Shown: one piece after another, positions 38,001 to 50,695 of the stretch | Layout: the number at the start of each line of letters is the position of its first letter | Numbering within the stretch: position 1 is the first letter of the stretch | From: Balanoglossus misakiensis | Taxonomy: Eukaryota; Animalia; Hemichordata | Direction: 5' to 3' | NCBI GenBank assembly: GCA_040954595.2 | Contig: CM082587.2 | Span: forward strand, 5,816,206 to 5,880,205 | DNA: 64,000 bases | Notes under the pieces: model-generated | What the model was told of the DNA's origin: nothing | Database searches by the model: none | Seen by the model: the letters and a program-made list of their open reading frames with translations, nothing else | Made by a program: the position numbers and the translations under genes

Positions 38001-39938
38001 CTTTGCCACTGCAGATTGAACTGATCGAACAACAGCTGGCCGACCTGTCGATGTTGGAACTGGACAAGAAGAACGAGAAGGCCGAGGCCGAGAGCAACAT
38101 CCTGGAGCAGCGACGAATCGAGCTCTGCAAGATGCTGATCCAGCTGATGGATGAGCAGGAGAGGAGACAGATAGAACTGAAGAAGAGATTGGTAAGTTTG
38201 TCATCAAGGCAAAGTTCACCGGCCGTAGCAAATCCTGCGACTCGTGTGGGACAAAAAAAATCCCGGACTCGTGTGAGAAATATGATCCCATGTCCTTGGG
38301 AGTGTGAGATTCTATTATTCACAATAATCTCTGTCCCTTGTCAAATTTCTGTTTGCACCACTGTAGAGTGTTTTAGAAGTAGATGCGCACACTGGCCTTT
38401 CAACAAGATCTCTTGAATCCGATGTATACGAGCCATTTTGAATCCTCATTTTGTTTAAATATGAGCAAAAAAAATCATGATTACAAGACTCTGTTCTTGG
38501 TGCTTCGTTGATCAAAAATCAGCATGGCATACACAAAATGCGTCTTTATGAAATGGAAAACCAACATCCCGCAGTCTTACAGGGTGGAAATGCCACTGAC
38601 ATCTGCCAACGTTTCACAGCATCCGAGGCTCTAATCTGTCTCACTCCATCTTCTTCACAGCTTGAAATGGAGAGGAAGAGAGAGGATGACGCCGTCGACT
38701 ACTGGCTTGTGCAGTACCAGAGACTCCTCGATCAGAAACCACATCATCTAATTGATCGGGTAAGGCCTGCTGGAACATCCTTTTTTCGAGATGTGGATTT
38801 TGCGAAGTGTTATGTGCTCGGGGGACTTGCTTGCTACGTGAAATTGATGCAGTAGGTCTGGGTTCAAATCCTTGTAAAATACAGGTCGATACCAATGTCG
38901 GTGAAAAAGTTCAAAAATATCTTGTGATTGTCTTCCCAGGAACATGGCATGGAGATCGCCGTCTTGAGTATTCTGCGCAAGGCCAAAGCGGAAGACTATG
39001 TTCCGAATTTTTCACGGCACCGGGTTTCCATCGAGACGCTGGTTGTCATGACAGAACAGGATCTAACAATTGTAAGTACCTGTACTGATCTGTGAGTTAT
39101 TTTTTATGAGTGTGTCTTGCATAATTAAGGAGCATTTTAATATAGTTCATTTCAGTCGATAGAAAACTATTTCAAGAATAACAAACCAAATCTGAAATTT
39201 GGTAGCAATATGGTCACAAGAAAATATGAAAACACTGTTTGTGAAATTATTTTATGAAATGATTTTGAATGTGCATATATGATGGTCTCGTGTGATATGC
39301 AAATAAAAGTATCAAAGTTGTTGCCAGTTTACAGTTATGTGAAAATCAAGAATGGAGGTAAAATTGCGATTGTCTTAATATCCACTACAGATGGGCGTGC
39401 ATGAGGTTGGATTGCGCAAGGCAATCCTGCTGGCCATCGATGACTATCTGACTCAACAGAAGAAGGAGTCCAAACTCAAGGAGGAGGACGATGACACGAA
39501 AGTGCGGCCACCATCGGCGCCGCCCGTGCCAGCCCCTGCCGAGCCGTCGGCTCCCGCTGAAGAGATCAACGCGTTTGTCAACGCCGAGTGCGTTGTCTGC
39601 ATGGAGAGGATGGTAAGTTCTTTATCTAATTGCAAATTTGTTAAAGCCATCAGTGGTAAGGATTTGGAAGAGTAGCCGTGTGGTTAAAGGGAAACGATCG
39701 TCTTATGCGCACGTGCCAAACCAGAGACTCTGGTTACAACAAAGGGCCACATAAGGTCATTAAACATGTATTCCCTTAACTCATGTGCCTTCACATTCTG
39801 ATCTATTCACAGTCGAGTATGGTCTTCATGCCGTGCGGACACGTCTGTTGCTGCTACGAGTGTGCCGGTCCCATCGACCAGTGCCCCATGTGCCGCGCCC
39901 GGCTCACCATGAAAGTCATCCTGAACAAGCAGGGCTGA
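29075..39938 (+). CDS. LRSAM1: E3 ubiquitin ligase LRSAM1 (LRR, coiled coil, SAM, PSAP, RING); about 21 coding exons
   Basis: Exon 29075-29140 MPLFGHRQSAEGKKRQEHSIYV; 32806-32859 AKESPEPTFAVSNCELTE; VPSGVFSLCKVLRKE; LRRs (ILDLHQNEFHELPDEIG); DYWLVQYQRLLDQKP; SAM (MGVHEVGLRKAIL); two PSAP motifs; RING CVVC...PCGHVCCCYEC...CPMCR; TGA 39936-39938. Confidence 0.96.
30031..30092. repeat. 28-bp tandem duplication with internal palindrome
   Basis: TTAGATAAT(A/T)TCTAATCCTTACAGAG occurs twice in LRSAM1 intron 1. Confidence 0.8.
39684..39779 (+). mobile_element. About 95-bp MITE-like element in the last LRSAM1 intron
   Basis: TTAAAGGGAA...TTCCCTTAA termini; the 5' half is shared with 12694-12747, including the hairpin AACCAGAG-A-CTCTGGTT. 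Confidence 0.6.
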
Positions 39939-42900
39939 GTTTGGATTTTGTTACAGTAATTCCACTCTGCATTGTACTCCTGTGCTTGTCTTGAAACCGA
40001 GCCGTCATTGTATATAAAGCGCCAATGCCATGCCAGCCACAGCGACAGTCACTGGCATGATTTTGGTTACCATAGATATAGTTACCATGGATGTAGTTAC
40101 TTAAAAGATGCATAGTGGCTTGTACATACATACATACATAAAAGACAGATCCACGAACCCAATCCTAGATGATCCATCTCGCAAAAGATCCATGCTGAAA
40201 ATATTAATATTTATATGTTTTCTGCATGTCCGATAGGAGTAAATATACCCTAAGCTCAAAAGGATCGTGAGAGCTGAATGTAGCTTGTCCTGTCCATTAA
40301 CTTGTGGAAAAAATAAATTTTGATAGCATTTGTTTCTTCTGATAATATGTTGAATAATCGGCAAATAATTTTTTTAAAATCCTACATTGCTAACGCTAAT
40401 GGAAAAACACAGAAAAAAAAAGTTTTTTATCCTGAAGAAGGTCAGTTTTATATTGTTGTTGCCTTAATGAAATTTAAATTTTTTAAGATCTGCGCGATAA
40501 AAATTGCTGTCAGTAGCTAACATACGATTAGAGTATCGTACTTGCTGGTAGTTGATTACCATTTGGAATATTTGTGCTAGTGTCATCTGTAACTCAACAT
40601 GCTTGTGATCCAGCATTAGTTGTCATGGGCTGAAGCAGTTGAAATCGTCGGTCTTCATTGTTATCACCCGTGTCACTGGGTCCCACCGCTGTAATGTGAC
40701 CTCTCACCTCCAACGCGACATTACACAACTGAATAGGTGCACATTATCGCGCAGGATCAACCACCCGTTGCACTCGGGAAGGTTGTACCGAGTGAATGAA
40801 GGATCAAAGGGGTACTCCTCTGATTTAGACATGTCCCTATATGGTTAACAGGACATGTCTCACTCTTCTAATGATCCTATGGTGGGCACACTATTTTCTG
40901 TGTGGCCACCAAAATAAAATCAGTTATTCGCTCCACTTTTATAGTACCTATTGTATCTATTACAATTTTTTATGAAAAAAATAGATGGTTGTATGTTGTT
41001 ATTTTACAGGAAAAGCGTCAATATGCAAGTTTGGGATAAGGTTTGGCAGGATGTGACTCAGAAGCCAATATGTCCACCTGCAACTGGTTATCATGACGAC
41101 ATAACACATTTCAAACTGCAAAGAATTATTGTGATTTGTTGTAACTATAGATAACAGTTATATACTTGTTAACCAGAAGTCATGTCTGGAACAGTGTAGG
41201 CACCATTAACATAAAGTAGTGAAATGGCCTTGTCGGGTATGCCTGATTAATAGTCAGATTGTTTTGGACATAAAAAACAAAATGGCTGACTGGCAGCCAT
41301 ATTGGATTGCATCACAGAAGCATTTGCATGTTTCTTGTGGCTATGGACGCAACAAGGTAAAAGAGATACACATGGCACACCAGTTTAAGTCTAGTCATGG
41401 TGTCTTACCTGAGTTATGGTGAAAGGGGCAAAGTCGCTCTTTGTGAAAATTTATTCAGTCATATCTACAAGCGTTTCATGTTGGTAGACTGAGCATGAGG
41501 AAAACAGACTGTGGTATATGCAGCAGGGAAAGGAGTCATTCACAGGGTGTGTTTGGAGGAGGGCATTGTTTGAATTTAGCTTATTTCTCAAGCAGTGGCA
41601 GTTGTAAATATCTTTTCTATAGTAATTTTTAATCATTCAAAATTGGCAGAGCTTAGCAATTCTGGTAATTAAATTGTGACATTTACTCTGTTTTTTACAG
41701 TTAGCAATATAGTGCCTGAAAAGTTATGACTCCGGAATGTGCTAGCCTGCTTCTTTGGGTTTGAAACAACATTATTTACTTCATCACTCAACCAATACCC
41801 GCAATGAGATGACATTTGTAGATGGTTTGTAAAGTATTGTTTGTAGGACAGGTACTGTTAACAAATTATAAATAAACGTTTCTTTGCAAAAGTTACCTTT
41901 GTGGTAGAAAAAATTGTTCCGTGACGACATAAGTTTGTTGTAATACTAATAGGGATTCTTGTTAACACAGTTGGTCTGTACAAACTTTTTCTCTTCGTAA
42001 ACTCTGATGTCAAAGTAGAAAAGTATTGCAAGTATAGAAGTCAGTTGGTGATTTTACAGTTTAGATGGTACTACATTGTACTAAGTGGACAGCATCACAA
42101 TTCTTTGTGATAAGAACAGATTTTCTTGTTAATGGTAGCACAGTGATATTGAAATTGGATTGGGATGGTAGTACGTGAATTAAAGCAGGCACAGCTGGTG
42201 TTTGTGAAGGTGAAGGAGGTGGGGAGGGTTTTTTAAAGGAGTCATGTGTCACTGAACACATACATGTATGGCAACAGACACGACGGGAGCTGGCTGATTC
42301 CACAAACATTAATTGATTGTGCCCAGTCAATTTGATCAGTTTACTGGCACCCAAAACTAATGTTTTTTTTTGTTTATTATCATGACACCATTAACGGGGA
42401 ATGTTCCCAGTTCCAAAAAATGTTTAAATCGTTAGTAGATATTTTTAACACATGTCAATCTGACAACTTTCATAATACAATTAATCCATCACAACCTTGA
42501 AAGCCAAATATCTTATCTTCGCCAAACAGCCACAGATGCGGGGGTATATAGAAAGAGTCATAGCTAATCAAATGACTCTGCACCATCCGCAAAAAATATT
42601 AACAGTAAAAACAACTATTAAGCTTTTCACTTCCCCCAACTTATCAGTCCAGAGGCGTCAATAGAATGATACGACACGCATCAGTGCGCATGCTTGGGGT
42701 TGTCAAGGTTAAGTCAGAGACTGGAACTGACATCAGAGAACTATTTTCTTCATAAAAGGAACGTCACTGATAACATTTCTTAGGAATTTTTTAATATGTC
42801 AAATGTAATGTCTTTTTGGTCCACTGCAATGGGACTGATTGTGTCGGCAAACTTCTAAATGATTCCAAAGGTCAATTGTAATATCCATTCTCAATCACAT

Positions 42901-45900
42901 GAATAATACATTGTGTATACACCAGAATAAACAACATGTTTCAAAGTTTGTGTTTTGTTCTGTATGTACATGGTGGTATACATGTGTGTGTTCATATATA
43001 TGTACATTGTATATTGTTTAACTTAACATGCGAATCACCTTATGAAACAGTCGACTTTATCCTTTTAGCTCTTTGGTCAAGACGAAATTGAAATGACCTT
43101 GGTATCTTTTAAATGAAGGGCGTATGTATTTTTCATGGAAAACTATTTTGTTCATAATATTATCAGGCATCTACCATGCAATTGTGTACTTCACAAGCGG
43201 ACGTAATTTTACCCACACATTTTCCTGTGTCGTGAAATATGCCATCAGGCCTTACAGTAATATTGATAGTAACGTCGGCCCCTCAAGGACGAACGTTGTT
43301 GAGAAGGATCTTGAAACTTGTACACACCACAGGTGTTGGGTAGTTTTTGCTGCGTGGGATAATCGCCTTTATATCTGCGTGGACTTCTAATGGCTGTAGA
43401 TGACACAACCTTTCCCGCAGAGCCAGACGTTGCTTCCTCTGCTACCTGGAGGAGATGGGACGGCGGATGTACCGTTGCCATGGAGAGACAGGCGCGCGTC
43501 CGGGCCGGCGACAAAACACTTCTCGGCGGGAGGAATTTTCGCTGCAATCATAAGTGGCTCGAATCTCGACCACCGCAGGGTTGATTGCTATGCAAGTTGT
43601 TGCAGGTCTCGATTAACATATTTACAGTGCCCAATTGACTTTTTCCGTTATATAACGACGTCAATCAAAAGACAAGTTGTTGTTGGTGGTGGTCATGTTG
43701 TTGTTGTTAAGTCAGAACCTTTGGCCGCACTCGCAAAATATTTCATATATATATATACGACTGCATTGGTGCCGTCGTATTGTCTCCAAATGATTTCAAG
43801 TTGAGGCGACTTCGAAACTACCAAAACCTTTTGATTCCCCCCAGTACCCAAAATTACTAATTTGAACACTCCTTAGTCAACACGCTGATTTTGAAATGGA
43901 TCCCAATGACGAAGTTGCGACGTCGCAGCCATAGAAAACCACGGAGAAGCAAACAGATCTTCTGCACAAATTTTGATAGCTGTAGGAGTTATGTAGGATG
44001 TCTATATGGATAGAACTCTTCTGAAATGAATATGTACCGGTCACGAGCGCTAAAATATGATACAAAGGAATTCAATGTCTCTTTAGCGAGACGTCACACA
44101 GCATCGGATGTCTAAAAGCCAGTTCCGAGCCAGATCCTAAAAACGACTGTAATACCGCCTTTTCTTGCTTTAAACTGCTCTGGGGTGTACCGTGTACTAT
44201 ATTTATAGTTCAACTGATCCCACAAAGTTCTCGGGCACTAACGATATTCGAACTCGGAGTCTTTTACAAGAGGATTTAGCAAACAGAAGACGAAATATAA
44301 GAAGGGTTGTTTTGTATTTTTTTTTCTCACTCGAAAACATCGTATTCATCCGGTTTTGTTTTGCATAGTCCGCACGTCACGTTTCTCGTCGGATTTGTGA
44401 ACCCTCGGAGATATTACTGTCAACACATGCGCTTTTTGATGTAGGAGATAGTGTGATGCTGGGACAACATATTTACGCGCTAGATTTTGTTGTGTCAGCG
44501 AGTAACATTTAGTAAACCTGTTACAAAATACACGAACAAAATTGAATGATTCGCGATGTTGGATTTTAAAGGCAAATGGTAAATAGAATCGTAAGTTTAC
44601 GTAACTTCAGTATGTTGGTACATCATGAATGTATCGATGTATTCTGATATATGTTGAAAAGTTGTATTTGTGTAAGTAATGACATGGGGGAGACAATTCT
44701 ATGCAAGTGTACGAGATAGCAATCTTACCGTGAGCGCCAATTTGATGCACGGCTCAAACTATTATACAAGCCGACTAACAGTGTTTTCACACTTTGGAAA
44801 AACACGACCCGAGGTGAATATGGGACCGCATATATCGATACGATGTGCTTTGAAATTGGAGAAAGGTTAGAAAATCGAAAAAGACGTTCTTTGAACAAAG
44901 ATCTAACATACATACGTGTATGGCATTTGCGGCTGTTCGGGTCTGCCGCAATGAATTGTGATATGTTTATTATTAAACGAAACAAGTTTCGCTAATGTGC
45001 CGCTTTAGGGCGAACAATTCAAATTTCGTGACAAATTTTCGTTCTAGTAGTCAATCTGACGGGTACGGTCGCTGAAAAGAAGCCTATACCATTCTCTGTA
45101 AATTGGACGCTAGAGATGTCTCTTTGGCAACGTCTGCGCCGCCGCAGTTCCAATGCCCGGGGAACTGCCTCGAATGCGTGAATCGAAGTTTAATTCAACA
45201 GACCAGACAAACCTCAACTATTGTTTACGAGATAACGAAAGTCCCGCGGTGTCAGCAAAGACCACTTTTTTTTTCTTCAAAAAAATCAATTTTGGCGAGA
45301 CAACTCTGTGTGCTGACTTCGCTCGCGTGTGATTCATGGCGTACCGTTTTGCTCTCGCGAAACGAGGGCATTGTCAGTACGAAAATACCAGAGTGACTTT
45401 CAGACGCGTCTGCATGAAAATTGCAAATTATGGCCACGGGACACTGGTGTTTTTTTGTACGCACTCTCTACTTTTCAAAGGCTTTAGGTGAATTCAGCCG
45501 AGTTCTGAGATTAGGGCACTGTGAGAGCGTAGGCACGCGATAAACAATTACCAATATTTCCAGCGAATGCAGTTAGAATACGCGATATGCTTTGCTACAG
45601 GGTATTCGTTGAATCCCCCAAAATGTGGTAAATGTCACGTAATGTCAACCGAAGTCACAGACACTGATAGTGGCGTTGGTCGATCGTTTTCGTTAACCGT
45701 GCCTGTCAAAGCATCTAACCGTTCACAACCCGGAGGCGTCGCGACGATGAAATGTCGTTGCACCTTAAAGTCACGGTTATGTCGACATTCCATTAAATAT
45801 ATACGGTCACCTCTAATTTACATATGCCTATAGACGCTCAAAAGTGGTATAGCTATAACTTGTCAAAAGGGTGTGTCTATGAATGTTCGGTGGCGCACTT

Positions 45901-46347
45901 TTTTCGCGTGTGCCACCCACTGAGAATCTGTGATACTGATTGGCTATATTTCAGTTTTCCATTTTCCATGCACACGCCCCCACACCACGAACTATGGAAG
46001 TGCCATCTTCCAGTCAGGATCGCTTTCCGTGGAATATCGTTTTGTTAACTCATTCAACAAACGCTCGACCATATTACAGACTCTAACCTCAAATAAGATC
46101 ACATCAAGTAAGGAGACTCCGCCTCTCAATGGTGAGATCACGTCGCACTAGCATAGCACCTGCGATTCATTCATCACTGATACTCACTGATCGCCTAGAT
46201 ACCGAAGAAGTCTTTCGTCGTTCTCCACTGGGGCCGTTACTCATTGCGAGAATTCAGCGCCAGCGAGAAATTCCTCCTGTGGGTTACGTATACTCACGAC
46301 TGATCGTTACTCGTATCGTATTCACGCATGTGGAAGACGGCACCGGC

Positions 46348-47391
46348 ATGGCAAATCTGACTGACGGCGACGAAGACGGCTCGTTCCTGCCCCACTCCCT
46401 GGTGGAAAAGACGCTGACGATCTCGTGGGGCGTGATCGGCATCGTCGGCATGGTCGCCAACGCTTTCGTGATATTCATTTTCCTCCGCGTTCCCTCCCTG
46501 CGCTCCATCACCAACCTCTTTCTGATGCACCAGTCGCTGCTGGACTGCGTCAGCAGCGCCATCCTGGTGGCGGTGAAGTTCATCCCCGTCCGGTGGCCGC
46601 TTCGCCTCGGCGCCTTCAACGACTTCGTCTGCAAGGTCTGGGTGTCCGAGTACATCGTGATGAGCCTCGTGGTGGCGTCCACCCTGAACTTGATCTGCGT
46701 GTCGTTCGAGCGGTACTTCGCCATCGTCCACCCGATCATGCACAGGAACCGGCTGACGGAGACGAAGGCCAGGGTGGTGATGGTCTTCGTGTGGGTGCTG
46801 GGCTACAGCGTGGAGTTGGTGTGGCTGGTGGTCCCCCGCGCCGACGACGGCGGCTACTGCTCCATGGTGTGGCCAAGTGCCACGTACCAGACCTTCTCCG
46901 GCGTCTACTTCTTCACCCTCATGTTCGCGCTGCCCGTCGCCCTGATGACGTACGCCTACCTGAGGATCTTCCTGTCGCTGCGGCAGAAGAACCCGGTGCT
47001 CGGCGCCCAGACGGCGGCCAACAGCGGCAGGGCCGCCACCATGACCAAGGCCAGCCGGAACGTCATCAAGACGCTGGCCATGGTGTTCGCCGCCTACGTC
47101 TGCTGCTGGCTGCCGCAGCAGACGATGTTCTTCATGTTCACCGTCGGACTGCCCGTCGACCTCGCCGGCAACGCCTTCAACGTGGCCATGGTTCTGGTCA
47201 ACTGCAACATGCTCGTCAACCCCTTCATCTACGCGTTCCAGTACCGCCAGTTCATCCAGGGCGTCAAAAAGACCTGTGGCTGGCGGGGCCCCGCCGTCGC
47301 GCCACACGGAGCGGCCCCGAGCAACTCAAGACAAGGACTGACCACCGGAACAACCTTAAGAAGTAACACAGTGTCAACGTCTAACATATGA
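46348..47391 (+). CDS. Intronless orphan class A (rhodopsin-like) GPCR, peptide-receptor-like
   Basis: ATG 46348 in good context (GGCATGG), N-glycosylation sequon NLT, seven hydrophobic segments, TM1 AN, TM2 HQSLLD, TM3 Cys and SFERYFAIVHP, TM4 W, TM6 CCWLP, TM7 NPFIY. Strong GC3 bias begins near this ATG rather than at 46129. Confidence 0.93.
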   Translation: MANLTDGDEDGSFLPHSLVEKTLTISWGVIGIVGMVANAFVIFIFLRVPSLRSITNLFLMHQSLLDCVSSAILVAVKFIPVRWPLRLGAFNDFVCKVWVSEYIVMSLVVASTLNLICVSFERYFAIVHPIMHRNRLTETKARVVMVFVWVLGYSVELVWLVVPRADDGGYCSMVWPSATYQTFSGVYFFTLMFALPVALMTYAYLRIFLSLRQKNPVLGAQTAANSGRAATMTKASRNVIKTLAMVFAAYVCCWLPQQTMFFMFTVGLPVDLAGNAFNVAMVLVNCNMLVNPFIYAFQYRQFIQGVKKTCGWRGPAVAPHGAAPSNSRQGLTTGTTLRSNTVSTSNI

Positions 47392-47416
47392 CTCACTTCT
47401 TTGATTCTCTCTTGAC

Positions 47417-47750
47417 TTAGAGGGACACTGTCGTCACTTTTGACAATTTTTTGGTTATGCTGTTTGTTCTTTTTCTGTTCACTGAAAAAAAAACCTAAAA
47501 TATCTAATAACTCAACTTAAACCCTGATTATTGGCAAAACACAGGAATTCTAATGTTACATGTCTCAATTTTTGGCATTAAGCAAAAATTACTTGATCAC
47601 AGGATTCACGTGTTGCATCTACACAATCAGGTTGTGAGTGGTAACAGCCAGTAATCAGACATATTTTACTGAGCTAACAACATAAGTCAAGCGCGCGTCA
47701 AAAAACAGCAATATAACCAAAATAGTGTCAAAAGTGAGCGTCTTTCTCCC
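47417..47750. mobile_element. Degenerate MITE with long imperfect TIRs just after the GPCR stop
   Basis: TCACTTTTGACAATTTTTTGGTTATGCTGTTT near the left end pairs with AAACAGCAATATAACCAAAATAGTGTCAAAAGTGA near the right end; GGGA...TCCC termini. Confidence 0.7.
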
Positions 47751-50313
47751 ATCAAAGAACGAGCTTGCCAGGAAAAAATTCCCTCGGCACTATTTTGTAC
47801 CCAGTGGACGTAAAACCCCCGAAAAGACGTAAGTTTCTACTTTGCAATAATTCAGTAAGACTGAAGACCTGAAGACGTTATTACGCGGGATCTTCAAACA
47901 TCCAACAGTACAGTAGTGATCCGTCTAGAGGTTCCGTTGTTTTAAAAAACTCAGCGAACATTTCTCAGTTAAAATTATTGTTACATGTCCGTGCAGTGTG
48001 GCAACATCTTCGATTCCACCTCGACCCTTCAGCAATTTAGTCGTTCGGTGTCTCACCTATCGATTTCTTCTTGAGAGAGTGTTTTACCCAGCAGTGATGT
48101 ACGTGTACTAGCTATAGCTACTTCGATGAACATCTGACCCTAAAACTACATCATTAAGGGTTTCACTCATTTTTTAGTTGCCATGGTGTTGTCGTCTTAA
48201 TTCTATTAGGCAAGACATGCCCAGCAGAGAAACCGAGGCTGCCTATTTTATAAGGCGACCCTCTTTTTCTGAAGATTACTTTCGTATTTTTGTATTTTTT
48301 GATAATGTCATGTGCTGTGAGGTAGTGCCGGTAATTTGCAGCGACGATAGGCTATCAAGACATCTGTAGTTGAGATGTGTCCTCTGTGTATTAGTGTGAC
48401 CGAAATCTTATAAATAGATAACTGATGTCTATCGATGTGTGTATCAACCACGTGTTGTTGTGTTTTTTCATCGTTAACTGACCATGACGTCACAGGCCGC
48501 GAACGTCTTTTGCCGTTTCATCGCCCTAATCAGAGGTCGACGCATTTGGCTGTACGCTTCTTCGAAGGCAATAATTCGGAATACGTGCCAAACGCCTAAT
48601 TGCGATATACTGCAGCCGCCAGTCACTCAAGCTAGCGTTCATTACCCCGTCGGCCACGTGCATCCCGACTTTGTTATTCGCAGTCTCGGTAAAATGGGCC
48701 GACAGCGCTTACAAAAAATGAAGACCTGGCGAGTTAGGCGCTCGCTTTCTGCCGTGCCGAAGTAAACGCATTGAGCTTTACTGCATGTGAATCCGTGTGA
48801 TTTGTTTTCGAAGTCGTCGATCGGTGTCGCGTCTTGGTCGGTGCACCTTGATGTGATGTAGCGTTCTCTGAGTGTGTGCATGACAGGCTACATCGCAGGC
48901 CGAGTTAATTTCATAAGGAAAAATCTCTCAGTAGACCTACGAATAAGTACAAACAGGCTACATAAATGTTCTACTGCCCATTCAGAAAATATGCCAGTTG
49001 TGTTCGCGTAGGTAGTTTTGCAAAAAAATACCAGACAACCGAAAACCAACAAAACAACGAAAAGGGGGACATGGAAAATAGAGAGTACGCCCGACCCAAG
49101 AAATATGATCAGTACACACGTCATAAGGCCTTCGGTTAACACTAAGATATTAGTCAAACAATGGGCAAAATCCTTGAAAGTCGATTTCTGTAATCTGATT
49201 ACTCTGTGCTGCTTTTCAGTAAAGCAACAACATATATGTATACATTATAGCGATATTAATAATGGATGTGCAGATACAGTTGCAGTCAGTTGACGTTCTA
49301 CCATCCAAACTGCAAGGGTGGACTTTTTCACGTACGTACATTATTTTGGAGTAAGTGTCTCATTAGTACAACCTGATTTTGCCGGTTTGTGTTATCTAAC
49401 TCATATTCTCATAGAGATGAGAATCGAAAACGTTGCTTGTCTGGTGGAGGAGAACCCGGCTAATATCTCGGTATTCCAACAAGTAATAAGTCACTTGGAT
49501 TTATCAGCATGACACAGAACTCTATGAACGGCGGAGATTCCACTATTTGACCCCCCCCCCCATAGTTTGTTACCCAGGCCTGTCTGTCTACAGAACGCCG
49601 ATGCCCCCCAAGCTGAGAACGGAGTCAGCGCGTTCCATTTAAGTTGAAAGAGAGAAGATGTTGAGCAACACTCTTTAACAACAATAGCTGAAATAGATTC
49701 TGCGAAATGCGCAGCGCTGCTGAAACTCGTTGCGTTAGCTGTGGGGAGTCTAAAACGACGGGCTCTGTCATCTTGTATGGCGTTATTTCCAAGTGCCTTG
49801 CTGATCAGTGGTTGAGAAAATGGATAAATGGGGGGGGGGGGGGGTAGCCCCACACGCCAGCTTGAATTGCTCGCCATACTTTAAGCTTGGCTTTCAACAG
49901 CCGTGTGCGGGATGCGAAAGAGTCCAGGTGGAAATAAACGTACAAAGGGAAGCCGCCGGAAAATTTGGAGACTCGTTCGGACAAGTGGTGGCAACCACAA
50001 GAGATTTGTGATGTCTAGCGTAGCCAAAATTGGATCTTCGAAATTGCTAGAGCCAATCACGCAAGATTATTTCACCAAACTCAACATTTAGGAATTCTTA
50101 AGAGAGACGTGGGGAAGTATCCTTCAAGCGCTCTCCTCATCAATGCAGACCGGTTATTCCCTTATAATATCGCCCGCAGGTCTCCAAACTTTACAAGCAC
50201 TTTACGGCCCCCTCGTCGTACGGTCGGTTAATTAATTACTCTACCGTTCTCCGACCTCACCATCTCGCGTCGCGAAAACACATGGCCTCAAATTCGAAAT
50301 CGAGAGAGGGGAG

Positions 50314-50695
<382 letters not shown>

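Noticed and set aside
38855-38875. tRNA B-box-like GGTTCAAATCC (and A-box-like TAGCCGTGTGG at about 39673)
   Set aside because: No cloverleaf and no correctly spaced partner box; at most SINE remnants.
40830-41430. Probable interspersed repeat (CAAAATGGC/GCCATATTG words; similar style at about 56740-56940 and 58350-58610)
   Set aside because: Looks repeat-like, but I could not define boundaries, TIRs or a second alignable copy within the window.
46129-46347. 73-aa N-terminal extension of the GPCR ORF
   Set aside because: Lacks the codon bias of the coding part; ATG 46348 has better context and gives a typical short glycosylated N-terminus.
46294-47366. 337-aa antisense ORF and 313-aa alternate-frame ORF over the GPCR
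   Set aside because: Expected by-product of extreme GC3 codon bias; no recognisable protein features. The same applies to antisense ORFs over SLC22 exon 1.
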